This document shows, piece after piece, positions 19,201-29,386 of a stretch of 64,000 nt of DNA (the stretch's first letter is position 1; every line of letters begins with the position of its first letter). A program made the translations under genes and the position numbers. The DNA is taken from positions 162,481 to 226,480 of the IMG/VR virus record IMGVR_UViG_3300046323_000587; one strand, 5' to 3'. A model generated the notes under the pieces. That model worked only from the letters and a program-made list of their open reading frames with translations, was not told where the DNA came from and searched no databases.

Positions 19201-20355
19201 TTAAACATAATTGAAAGTAAATGTAATGTTTGTAGTTGCTATATTTTTAGCTACAATATGTAATGTATAGTATCCGCTATTAGAAATAAAGGCTGTATCA
19301 ATTGCAGTGTTAAGTGCTGTTAATGTTGTCAAAGTGTAAGTAGTAAAATTAGAAGAATAATTATATAAAACTTCAATACTAAAATTAACAAAATCAAAGG
19401 TTAGTACATCGATTTTAGTATTAAATCCAACTAATGTTTCTAAAGAAATTCCTGTATTTGCATTATAGACAAATACTCCACTATTTGTCACTATTTCTGG
19501 AAAATCATATTGAAATAATATACTTTCATCAAAAATTGAGTTAGAATAATTTTGTAAGTAACAAGTTAAATTAAATGCTCTTTGTCTTGTAGCTACAATA
19601 GTTTGTAATTGATTAAATGTTTGACTAAGATTAGTTTGAGGCAAAGTTCCTGTTTCAAGATAATCAAATAATACCTGAGAAGTATTAGATATATCTGTAC
19701 CCAATAAAGTATTATACAGTTTTAAATTTGCTATAGTATCTCTAGCTATATTAAGTGTTTCTTCGTTTGAATCCGCTCTAAAATGTATTGTATGGTTATA
19801 TTTATTAATAGATTGTAATTGAATAATATTTGTAGGTAATACAGAGCATAAATTTGATATAACCATACCAGTAGGTGGAACTAAATTAAATATAAATGTT
19901 TTGTCTGGATCAACTGTTAAAGAATAATTTATTGTTGTAGTAAATGAGAGTGTTGTTGTTAATATTCCAGAAGCAAAAGAAAAAGTCCCGCTAGGAAAAA
20001 ACCCGCCTGTAAAATCTGCTATAACCGCTGGATTTACTCCTCCAGAAGAAACATTCCAAGTACCAGAAAAAGACGAAGTAATATCTCCTGTTCTAGTTAT
20101 TGTAAAAGTATAAGTATCTCCTTCTGTTGTTCCAGATGTTTTAGTTGCACATAATACAGTTAAAGGACAAGTTCCTGTGTTACCAACCAAAATTCTACTT
20201 GCATTTAATGTTGTAGCTAAACTAATATCTATATTTAATGCTATTGCTAATTGAGCATTTGTTAAAGGATAAGCTAGTCCAGAAGTATTTAAAGAAATTC
20301 CATTAATTGTGTCTCTAACTTGTGTATAATAACTATCTCCATTATTAAAAGGCAT
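19201..20355 (-). CDS. Calx-beta-domain fibre protein
   Basis: TEGDTYTFTITRTGD...ADF...SGTFSFASG...DKTF. Confidence 0.6.
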   Translation of the reverse strand: MPFNNGDSYYTQVRDTINGISLNTSGLAYPLTNAQLAIALNIDISLATTLNASRILVGNTGTCPLTVLCATKTSGTTEGDTYTFTITRTGDITSSFSGTWNVSSGGVNPAVIADFTGGFFPSGTFSFASGILTTTLSFTTTINYSLTVDPDKTFIFNLVPPTGMVISNLCSVLPTNIIQLQSINKYNHTIHFRADSNEETLNIARDTIANLKLYNTLLGTDISNTSQVLFDYLETGTLPQTNLSQTFNQLQTIVATRQRAFNLTCYLQNYSNSIFDESILFQYDFPEIVTNSGVFVYNANTGISLETLVGFNTKIDVLTFDFVNFSIEVLYNYSSNFTTYTLTTLTALNTAIDTAFISNSGYYTLHIVAKNIATTNITFTFNYV

Positions 20356-20394
20356 AACTATTTAATTTAAATTTTTAAAGTAATATTTTTAATA

Positions 20395-22146
20395 TTAATA
20401 ATATAATGTATAAAATTGAACAAACCAACCATCATTTCCACTTGCATTCAATTGTCCACTAATATTAAGTGTAACTTGTGAACCTATTGCAGCTGAATTG
20501 AATCCTGAAAGCAATAATAATTGTTGATAAGTTCCTCCTGATGGTATTGTATTATAAGTAGTTTTATTAAAATTTGCTACCGCATTAAGATTTGGAATTG
20601 TGTTGACAGGAGTCAAAGTATTGGAAATATAAGTTACATTAGAACCTGTTAAATTAGAAGAAACATTTGTGTTTCCTCCATAAAACATAAGGAATTCATT
20701 AGCTGCTGTTCCCGCAAATATTTCACATACTACCACTATATTATTATAGTATCTACCATCAGTAGGTTCTAATATAGTATATCTTTCTGGTGTATATGTA
20801 ACCATTGCATTAGATGTTCCACCTAAAACTTGATTGTTTTTATATACAATATTATCAGGAGAATACATTGATACAAATTCTGTAGTGACTGTTGAATTAA
20901 TTGTAATAGGTAAACTAATATTTCCACTAGCTCCATTTAGTCCTAGTTGTTTTACACTATTTAAATAAATAGCTTTTGTCCATTGAGTTGGATTAGGTAA
21001 ATAATTTAAAAAATAATTACTTCCAATATTAATATTAGTTACAACTCCGTTAGCAGGAGAAGTAGTACCTAAACCTGTATTTCTTTGAGTTACTGTATAA
21101 CTATATTTTACAAATACTATACTAAATGTTGTATTGGTTAATATTGATGAGCTTACAAAATTAGTTGGAAACGGAACTCCTCCATAATAATTATCAGTAG
21201 TTGCTACTCCATTTATTGTAGAAAATGGTAAATCTCCTTGTGTTTGATAAGCAACTTTATATCCTGCATTTGGTGTTACAGTTGTAGTAAAAGTTGTTCC
21301 TTTATCCCAAGTATAAGATCCAATACTTTGATTAGCTACCGTACCATTAGCAGTTGTTTCAAGTTTCACTATAATAGTTTCTTTAACAAAAACTACATCA
21401 ATAGTAATATCAGAAATTACTGTAAAAGAAATATTTTCATTAATAGAGTTTGTAGTTACAAATGTACTTCCAATATAATAACCAAGTATTTTTTGATATG
21501 GATTTGTAATATTAGCTGTAATAGAAAATAAAAATCCAGATTGAATTGTAGTTGCTCCTAACATTGTTACAGTACCTGAACCAGCAGCGTTACCCGATTT
21601 AGTTACTGTTACAGTATAAAATTGTATTTGTTGTATAACTCCTGAAATATTTCCACAAGTATTCATTTGTGCAGTTGGAGGAGTAATAGATATTGAAAAA
21701 GTTTTATCTAATAAAGTTCCAGTTAAAGTTGTATTTGTAACTATTGAAATAGTTTTTATTAACTCATTAGCATTAAATACAACACTTCCAGTTATAGCAG
21801 AGGCAAAATCAGAAGCAATTGCTGGATTTACTCCTGTGCCTATAATAGTCCAAGTAACTGGAACTTGATCTCCTAGACTACCTGTTCTAGAGATATCAAA
21901 ATTTAATGTATTTCCTTCTAATATAGTTGGGGCATTTGAAGATAAACAAAATAAACTTACTGGACATTTATTAGAATCAAATTTAACTACACTGTCTTTA
22001 ATTTGTTGTGCAACAGTTAAACTAACTCCAAGCATAAAAGAGATACTCTCTGCTGTTGAACTTGGAGTTATAGGATAACTTGTTTTTATTCCATTACTTA
22101 CTGTCTTAATAGACGAGTAAATCATATTTCCTGTACTATAAGGCAT
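20395..22146 (-). CDS. Calx-beta + InlB-B-repeat-like fibre protein
   Basis: LEGNTLNFDISRTG...SDF...GSVVFNA; YTVTV...G.GTV, TPNAGYKV repeats. Confidence 0.6.
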   Translation of the reverse strand: MPYSTGNMIYSSIKTVSNGIKTSYPITPSSTAESISFMLGVSLTVAQQIKDSVVKFDSNKCPVSLFCLSSNAPTILEGNTLNFDISRTGSLGDQVPVTWTIIGTGVNPAIASDFASAITGSVVFNANELIKTISIVTNTTLTGTLLDKTFSISITPPTAQMNTCGNISGVIQQIQFYTVTVTKSGNAAGSGTVTMLGATTIQSGFLFSITANITNPYQKILGYYIGSTFVTTNSINENISFTVISDITIDVVFVKETIIVKLETTANGTVANQSIGSYTWDKGTTFTTTVTPNAGYKVAYQTQGDLPFSTINGVATTDNYYGGVPFPTNFVSSSILTNTTFSIVFVKYSYTVTQRNTGLGTTSPANGVVTNINIGSNYFLNYLPNPTQWTKAIYLNSVKQLGLNGASGNISLPITINSTVTTEFVSMYSPDNIVYKNNQVLGGTSNAMVTYTPERYTILEPTDGRYYNNIVVVCEIFAGTAANEFLMFYGGNTNVSSNLTGSNVTYISNTLTPVNTIPNLNAVANFNKTTYNTIPSGGTYQQLLLLSGFNSAAIGSQVTLNISGQLNASGNDGWFVQFYTLYY

Positions 22147-22193
22147 TTTATAATAGATTCAAATTAATTTATTTATTTGTTGAGTGTTTTTTC

Positions 22194-23144
22194 TTAAGGC
22201 AATGTAATACAAGATTGACTTCCTGACCAAGCTAATGTAAAAGGAGTAAAAATTATATCAATTACTTGTGATGTAGTAACATTAGTAAATGTATAAGTAC
22301 CTGATTTCATTTTAGCAGAAGCTCCTGTTAAGTATGTAGATAATATATTTACTTCAGGTGCAGCAATACTTTGTATTGTATTTACTAAAATAGAAGTAAC
22401 CACTAAATTTGGAGCATTAGAATCAAAATCTATAACAAAAGTGTTAGGAAAAGCGTTAATTATATGAACATTAATAGGAGTAAATTTAGAACTTGTTCCT
22501 CCTCCTATAAGATTCACTGTAATAGTTAATGGACTTGTTGAAGCTAATACTAAATTAGATATAACACAATCAACTGTACTACTAACAACTATCTTATATT
22601 CTGTACCTGCGACTAACCCAGTAATATTAAACTGAACATCAGTAGTAAAATTAGTTGAAATTAGTGTATTGGTAGAATTATTGTAAGTTTCTATTTTATA
22701 TGTATTAATACCAATGTTATTCCAACCAATTAATATACTAGAAGAAGTTTGATCTAATATTTTTATGTTAAGAATTGACGTTAAATCTTTTGGTAAAAAA
22801 GTATTGATTATTTCTTCACGATATTTAGCAAAAAGATTTGTATCACAATTAGAAGAGCAATTTAACTTATAACAGTCATTATAAATTTTAGTTAATATTT
22901 CATCTGTTAAACAACAACCATTATCTAAATAATCTGAAATTATTTTTTTTATCATTGCTGATAAATTTATTAAATAATGTAATTTATTTATTTCATTGTA
23001 ATATTGTTTAACAGGTTTACCAATATATTCTAATTTTTGTGCGTCTATAATATATTGATAAGCATCTGAAAATATCTTGTTGTAAAGTGTATAAGTAGAT
23101 TGTTCTAGTTGTTCTATTAAATAATATTTACAAAATGTTGTCAT
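22194..23144 (-). CDS. Structural protein with fibronectin type III domain
   Basis: TSSSILIGW...YKI...FNITGLVAGTEYKIVV. Confidence 0.65.
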   Translation of the reverse strand: MTTFCKYYLIEQLEQSTYTLYNKIFSDAYQYIIDAQKLEYIGKPVKQYYNEINKLHYLINLSAMIKKIISDYLDNGCCLTDEILTKIYNDCYKLNCSSNCDTNLFAKYREEIINTFLPKDLTSILNIKILDQTSSSILIGWNNIGINTYKIETYNNSTNTLISTNFTTDVQFNITGLVAGTEYKIVVSSTVDCVISNLVLASTSPLTITVNLIGGGTSSKFTPINVHIINAFPNTFVIDFDSNAPNLVVTSILVNTIQSIAAPEVNILSTYLTGASAKMKSGTYTFTNVTTSQVIDIIFTPFTLAWSGSQSCITLP

Positions 23145-25558
23145 TATTTACAACCACAGTTAGAAGTTAAATTAGAGTTACTAGAATTATTAGAAAAAGA
23201 ACTATTAGAAAAAGTTGTATTACCTGATTCAACACATTCTTTTGTTTTACAAGGAATACAAAGCTCTTCAAGTTTTTTTCTTAAATCATCTAACTTAGTT
23301 ATAGTAGTCAATTTATTTGTAATATCAATTTCTGTATACACTTGATTCAATTTTTGTTCTTCTTGTACTAACATCATATACATTTGATACAGTGCCATAA
23401 TTTTATTAGTTTTATACTTTGTATCTTCACAAATTTTATCGTTACACGTATCATTAGAACAACAAATAGCTTTACTTAAAAAATCAGTATAACATTTATC
23501 AATAGCACAAAATACATATTCTAATTCAACCCAATTATCAGTAGCAATAGTAGTATTTAAATAATTTATTTTATACACACCATCTTGAAATGTATAATCC
23601 TTTGTCAAAGAAGAATTGAGTGTAAATTGGTCTATTTGAGTAAATACGCCATTAATAGATTTATTAATAGTAATTGTATAGTTATTTGTAGGGCTATTAT
23701 TTACAAATTTATATTTAGTACAATCACAAAGAGTTGTAGTATTATAACAATCTTTTAATAATTCAACTGATTTACACGTATTGATTAACAATTCTTTTAC
23801 AGTTTTAGTGCAACAATTTGTATGAGTTGCAATAACTTTACCTGCGCCTAATTTATCTAATGTGAGACTATAATTGAAATTAGCTAATACAATAGGTGTA
23901 ATTAAAGGATCAGGAACTACATAAGTTAATTTTTTTGCAACATTTTCTAACCAAGTTGAAGTTTTATAATTCCAAGAATAATATTGATAAATTAATGTAG
24001 AAGTTTGACCAACAACACAAGTTACAGCAGGAGTTGTAATTAAATCAATTAAAGTATCTGGATGAGCTACTTGAGTAACTAAATCATCACAATAACCTTC
24101 TGACCAATACCATTCTTCTATCGAATCTTGTTTATCGTTATTTGGATCAAGAGAAGTTGGAATTATGTTTAGTACACTGTTTACAGGATAACAACAATTT
24201 AATACAGGTAGTTCTATAATAGGTTTATAGTCTAATATATTAAATGTATATTCATACCAATCTGTTTCAAATTCAGTTTTTGGTGTAGGAGTTGAATCAC
24301 AACCACAACTATCTGTTTTAACGTAAGAAACATATTTTAATTTAGTTCTTAGTGTTTGAATACCAGTTGAACAAGCATCTGTTGTATAGCAACTTCCAGG
24401 TTTAGAATTAAAACAACTATTCCATACATTTGAAGTCTTCTTTTCAATATAAAAATCTATTTTATCAATTAAACAAGGGTTTGTTATCTTACTATCATCA
24501 CAAACAGTATACAATAAATTACAATTTTGTTGTGTATTAAAATTTAAAGTAGGTTTTATAGACTCTAAATAAAATGAAATACTTTCTTGATAAGGTGTAA
24601 CACCAGTAACAAGTATACCATTAATAAATGTTGTAGCAGTGCCTGTAAATTGGTTTTTATGTTGCTGTAAAGGCCAAGCATTAGTAAATCTTCCTGTTAA
24701 TTTAAAATCAGCTGTAAAATAAGTTAAATTAGGAATAAAATTAGGAGTAGGAATAGTGCATATACTAGAACTGCCATAAGTATAAGTGTATCCGATATTG
24801 CTAGATTTAAAATAAATGGTAAAAATATTGTTTGCTTCTGTTGTAATGTAATATTTATTGTTTTGATAACACGAAAATATTTTAGTACCAGAAGTAGATT
24901 CAACTTTTGTAATATTTGGTGAAGGTGTTTCATATAAATAAGCGGATAAATTAAATGATTGTCCGATAGCTTCAAAAATTAATGGGCTAGTCCCTCCACA
25001 ATTTGCAATTAATCTATATTCAAATCTAGTACGATAAATACAAGTTGTTTCAGTTAAACCTTTTACAATTTTTTGAGAATTTAATGGAACATAATCTACA
25101 ATTTCCCAAAGTGAAGTAGTAGTATTAAATTTTTCTATTGCAATTCTTCCTCTTGTTATATTTGGATTTTGCATCCAAGTTGTATTTGATACAGGTATAG
25201 AATGTGTGTGAGAATTTGTACTTTTAGTTGTTACGTCAATAAAATTAATTGAAGTAGTACCTGCAATTCTTTCATAAATAACTTTAGGTTCAATTACTTC
25301 ATAATTTATAGTTAAATTTTGTAAATCACACGGAGTAGTAGCTGAAAATAGAGTTGAAATTGCATTAAAAGTTGTTGAAGAATTTATACTTATTGGATTT
25401 GAAGGAACCCAAACAATAGGTGAAGGAAAGGGTCCAGGACACACTGTATTCACATTAGAAGTTAACGAAATTAAATGAGCACCTGAACCTCTTGCTACTG
25501 TAATCCAATTATTTGTAATAAATACGTTGATATTATTAATTGGTGTTATTGTAATCAT
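23144..25558 (-). CDS. Large Cys-rich virion protein (portal-vertex/tail-hub-like)
   Basis: 804 aa; DGVYKI...C.I.KCY helical C-terminus ending CGCK; near portal. Confidence 0.45.
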   Translation of the reverse strand: MITITPINNINVFITNNWITVARGSGAHLISLTSNVNTVCPGPFPSPIVWVPSNPISINSSTTFNAISTLFSATTPCDLQNLTINYEVIEPKVIYERIAGTTSINFIDVTTKSTNSHTHSIPVSNTTWMQNPNITRGRIAIEKFNTTTSLWEIVDYVPLNSQKIVKGLTETTCIYRTRFEYRLIANCGGTSPLIFEAIGQSFNLSAYLYETPSPNITKVESTSGTKIFSCYQNNKYYITTEANNIFTIYFKSSNIGYTYTYGSSSICTIPTPNFIPNLTYFTADFKLTGRFTNAWPLQQHKNQFTGTATTFINGILVTGVTPYQESISFYLESIKPTLNFNTQQNCNLLYTVCDDSKITNPCLIDKIDFYIEKKTSNVWNSCFNSKPGSCYTTDACSTGIQTLRTKLKYVSYVKTDSCGCDSTPTPKTEFETDWYEYTFNILDYKPIIELPVLNCCYPVNSVLNIIPTSLDPNNDKQDSIEEWYWSEGYCDDLVTQVAHPDTLIDLITTPAVTCVVGQTSTLIYQYYSWNYKTSTWLENVAKKLTYVVPDPLITPIVLANFNYSLTLDKLGAGKVIATHTNCCTKTVKELLINTCKSVELLKDCYNTTTLCDCTKYKFVNNSPTNNYTITINKSINGVFTQIDQFTLNSSLTKDYTFQDGVYKINYLNTTIATDNWVELEYVFCAIDKCYTDFLSKAICCSNDTCNDKICEDTKYKTNKIMALYQMYMMLVQEEQKLNQVYTEIDITNKLTTITKLDDLRKKLEELCIPCKTKECVESGNTTFSNSSFSNNSSNSNLTSNCGCK

Positions 25559-26040
25559 ACTTTAATTCCTTTACTTAATTTATAATTAAATATATATTTG
25601 TTTATATTAATTTCAGGCAAAATTTTCTCTATAGTATCTCTGTATTTTTCTATTCTGCTTTCTCTAATATATTTAATTTGTTTATTTGCTAATTGAAAAG
25701 GTATTTCTAACTCAGAAATTCTTTTATTAAAGTTATCTTGATTTCTATAATCAACATATTTAGATTTTCTAGAAATATTTTTATATACTATTCTAATAAC
25801 ACATTTTTTATCTTGAGGTCTTCTTTCTGATGTAGTAAATTTCCATAGAAAAGAATGTCTGACTTTATCTCTTGATAATAACCAATCTTTAGTTAAATTA
25901 TTAGAAGATAACAATTTTTTTTCCCATTGAACAGCTTTATCTAAACAACTAAATTTATCTTTTCCATTAAATGTTTTACTACAAAAAGTATTGTCTGGAA
26001 ATATGATAACAATATAAATACCATCTCTAAGTATTTTCAT
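25555..26040 (-). CDS. Basic protein, possibly AP2-like DNA-binding/homing-endonuclease remnant
   Basis: SKTF......CLDKAVQWEKKL; very basic; inserted between portal and structural gene. Confidence 0.3.
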   Translation of the reverse strand: MKILRDGIYIVIIFPDNTFCSKTFNGKDKFSCLDKAVQWEKKLLSSNNLTKDWLLSRDKVRHSFLWKFTTSERRPQDKKCVIRIVYKNISRKSKYVDYRNQDNFNKRISELEIPFQLANKQIKYIRESRIEKYRDTIEKILPEININKYIFNYKLSKGIKV

Positions 26041-26087
26041 TTATTTTATCTTTATAATTATTTATATTAATTTTTATCATTTAAAAT

Positions 26088-28412
26088 TTACCAAGAAACA
26101 TTTTTAACTTCTTTATCTTTTCCACCATTAACTGCTTGAATTTTTTCTATTTCATTACGTTGTTTCTCAGCATCAGTCTTAGCTTGTAAATTTTTTTCTT
26201 TTAATTCTTTATCGTGTGCTAATTTAGTTTCAGTTGTAATAACTTTTCTTTCTTGTAATGATAATTCTTTTGCTTTAGTGTCTAAATCTAATTTTTTCAA
26301 TTTCTCTAGTTCTTTATTAGTTTCTTCCATTTGTTTGTTAATTTGTTCAAGTTGTTGTTTCATTTGTTCTAATTCAGAATTTTCTTTAGCTTTTTTCTTA
26401 TTCAAAATAGTAGATTTCATTTTAGATACAGAATTAGTTGTAACTAATTCTAAAGCTAAATCCATATCAAGAGTTCCATTTTGTGCAAATGGTTGAATAA
26501 ATTGTTCTAGTTTTGCCAGCATAGTTTCTTCTTGACCTGAATCAGATACATAAACAGAATAAGAAGATAACTTAAATAAGTTATTTATTGAATAAATTTT
26601 TTGTTTGGTTCCTAAAAGATAAGCTCCTTTCTGACCTATTTCATAAGATATTCTTGATAATTCTAATAGATCTGTTAATAGACATTCAGTAACTCTATCA
26701 ATAGATGTGAACCAAGTTTTAGTAGAAAGACTTGTTTGCATTAAAGCTTGTTTAGTTACAGCAGCTCCATCACGTTCTTCCATTTGCCCCATCATTTGTC
26801 TATTTACACCTGTAATATCAGCAGCAAGAGCTTCTAATTGTTCTAGTATTTGATTACAAGCTTGAATAAAATTCAGGTCCACATTTGAAGGATAATCTTG
26901 AATGGAAGCATTTTGTCCTCCTTGAAGAATACCTTCTTGAGAAGAATCCATAAGATAAATATTAGCATTTTTACGATATTGAAGAACTTTTTCAAGACGT
27001 TCTTCCATTGTACCGCCTAAAAGTTTTGGTAAAGAAGCTACATCAATAGCTAAACCTCCTAACCTAAATTGAGATTCTGCTTGTTTTCTAAGATATAAAG
27101 TAATGTCGTAATCATCTTGAATTTGTTTTAATAATAAAACCATTGATTCAGGTTTAGTAGAATTTACATTTGCTTGTATAATTCCGTTATAAGAAAGAGT
27201 ACATTTATCAGGAAAATCAAGATCTCTTACAACATAAGGACTTTTTCTTAATTTAAGATATATACCAGCTTCTCCACCAATACGATAGCCTTCGTAACGA
27301 TCCATACGATACTTTGTTATAGTCTGACTATTTTTATCTGTAGTAATATATTCATTATTACTTAACCATTCAGAGTGATACACACAAATATATTCGTGAA
27401 AAGATTTATCTTGATACTTATATTGTTGATATTGATTTATGTTAGAATTTTCTTCATTTAATAGATTGACTGTACCTTGTTGGTATAAACCTAAATCCCA
27501 ATAGTTGTCTGTATCATAAGAAAATAAAGATAGTCGATTAGATAATTCTTTCTTTTCTTCTAATGTCATTTCAGCTCCAAATTTATTTAAAATTTCAGTT
27601 TTAGTCATATACATTTTATAAAAACATTGATTAGATTGAGAAACTTCTTTTTTATAATCGTGTTTTTTATAATAAAAATGTCTTGGATTACAAATATCTA
27701 ATTGAGGAGTTTCACCTAAATTATCAATAAAAGTTCTATAATAGCATTGACCATAAATTAAAAGATGTTCAAATAAATCTGCTGAAAGATTTTTAATATT
27801 AAGTTTAGATACCAAATCATTAAGAACATCTTGAGAGAGGATTTCAATTTCTGAAATAAATTCTGCGTCATAATCAAGAATTAATTTATCTATTTTCTTT
27901 TGATACAATTCATCTTGAATCTTTAATTGCTTAGATTGTTCGTCAGGCTTAGCAAAATGAGTTAATAATTTTAATCTAGCTTGTATGTCTTCAACTATTT
28001 CATTATAAATCTTATTCAATAATCCAGTTTTCTTTTCTTCTTCTATTAAAGTTAAAGCATCATTACCTCTACAACTAATAAAGTAATTAAATCTATGTTG
28101 AAGATGAACTCCAACCAATACTTTTATTCTAGGTAAAATCAATGAAACAAAAGGTAATTCACCTGGATTTGCTAACCCTTCAGATTCCCATAAATAACAA
28201 AATTCATTATTATCTCTTGTTCTATTGTAATACATAGCAGCTTTCTTTAAATCTAATTTATCATAGTTTAAATCTCTAATTACTTTATCAACCATATAAA
28301 TTAAATAATTAGAAGAATTTTTTTCTTCTTCAGAAATTAACTCATTTTCGTAATAATAGTTAGAAAATGAATCTTCGTAATTATCTTGTTTAATTAACTT
28401 TTCTTTTGTCAT
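26088..28412 (-). CDS. Portal protein
   Basis: 774 aa; LI.PRIKVLVG, VYH.EW, RYEGYRIG, LSYNG, ITGVNRQMMGQ.E.RD, C-terminal coiled coil; near terminase. Confidence 0.85.
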   Translation of the reverse strand: MTKEKLIKQDNYEDSFSNYYYENELISEEEKNSSNYLIYMVDKVIRDLNYDKLDLKKAAMYYNRTRDNNEFCYLWESEGLANPGELPFVSLILPRIKVLVGVHLQHRFNYFISCRGNDALTLIEEEKKTGLLNKIYNEIVEDIQARLKLLTHFAKPDEQSKQLKIQDELYQKKIDKLILDYDAEFISEIEILSQDVLNDLVSKLNIKNLSADLFEHLLIYGQCYYRTFIDNLGETPQLDICNPRHFYYKKHDYKKEVSQSNQCFYKMYMTKTEILNKFGAEMTLEEKKELSNRLSLFSYDTDNYWDLGLYQQGTVNLLNEENSNINQYQQYKYQDKSFHEYICVYHSEWLSNNEYITTDKNSQTITKYRMDRYEGYRIGGEAGIYLKLRKSPYVVRDLDFPDKCTLSYNGIIQANVNSTKPESMVLLLKQIQDDYDITLYLRKQAESQFRLGGLAIDVASLPKLLGGTMEERLEKVLQYRKNANIYLMDSSQEGILQGGQNASIQDYPSNVDLNFIQACNQILEQLEALAADITGVNRQMMGQMEERDGAAVTKQALMQTSLSTKTWFTSIDRVTECLLTDLLELSRISYEIGQKGAYLLGTKQKIYSINNLFKLSSYSVYVSDSGQEETMLAKLEQFIQPFAQNGTLDMDLALELVTTNSVSKMKSTILNKKKAKENSELEQMKQQLEQINKQMEETNKELEKLKKLDLDTKAKELSLQERKVITTETKLAHDKELKEKNLQAKTDAEKQRNEIEKIQAVNGGKDKEVKNVSW

Positions 28413-28744
28413 TAGTCTAATTCAAATTTAATTACATAATTAGATAAATCTTCAATAGTTTTTGGATATTTTAAAATTGGTGAAGGTTTATATTCTCTTA
28501 AGACTGAATCAAAAACTAATAAAGACTTATCTTTTAAAAATTTTATATTATTAGTAATGACTTGATAACTTATTTTTAATTTTTGTGAAGCAGATCTCCT
28601 ATTTGTTTTATTTATATTAGCTGTTTTACAAATATATTCTAATAGTTTATATTGAATATTAGTAAGTTTAATTCCCATTCTAATACTAACTAAAATTTTT
28701 AACCAAATCAAAATATAATTCTTTTGATTGACTTTTATTCTCAT
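28412..28744 (-). CDS. Winged-HTH protein
   Basis: RRSASQKLKISYQVITNNIKFLKDKSLL. Confidence 0.55.
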   Translation of the reverse strand: MRIKVNQKNYILIWLKILVSIRMGIKLTNIQYKLLEYICKTANINKTNRRSASQKLKISYQVITNNIKFLKDKSLLVFDSVLREYKPSPILKYPKTIEDLSNYVIKFELD

Positions 28745-28750
28745 AATAAT

Positions 28751-29386
28751 TTACAATAAAATTTTCAATTCTTTTAAATAATCTTCTGATAAACTTCCAT
28801 TATTTAATAATTGTGCTAAACCTGTTTCAAGTAAATCAAATATTCGAGATAGTTGAACTCCTTCAATATTATCAAATAAGTGAATATAAGCAATGTGTAT
28901 ATGTTTATATAAATAATGAGCTATAAACATTGCTAAAATTTGATTGTAAGTAAGTTCTATTTTATTAGACGAAATTTTATTCTCTCTTACAAATTGTATA
29001 ACACTTTTTATTTGGTCTAATAACCTCCATTTATTAAGAGGGCAGTTATTTTCTTGACTTCTTGATTTTGCTGATAAATGACAACCACAACCTAATAAAT
29101 AACCTTCTTGTTGTAGAGACAGATATGTACCTGTTGATAAAGTTTCATAAGAAATACCTTCTTCTTTAATATAAGTAAAAAAATTAGCTATTAATTCTTC
29201 ATCAGGTATTATTTTTGATAATTTTTTATTATTACAATGCTCAGGCAAAATTCCATTTCCTTTATTATATAAAGGGCAAGTATGACAAATTGCTATTCTT
29301 TCTTTATAGAGCACTTCATCTGCTCCAAATAAACTTTTTATGTGCCCTTTTACTATTGCTGTAAGGTTTTTATAATTATTAATCAT
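28751..29386 (-). CDS. Cys-rich (Zn-binding) conserved phage protein
   Basis: RIAICHTCP...GCGCHLSAK.R.....CPLNKW. Confidence 0.6.
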   Translation of the reverse strand: MINNYKNLTAIVKGHIKSLFGADEVLYKERIAICHTCPLYNKGNGILPEHCNNKKLSKIIPDEELIANFFTYIKEEGISYETLSTGTYLSLQQEGYLLGCGCHLSAKSRSQENNCPLNKWRLLDQIKSVIQFVRENKISSNKIELTYNQILAMFIAHYLYKHIHIAYIHLFDNIEGVQLSRIFDLLETGLAQLLNNGSLSEDYLKELKILL

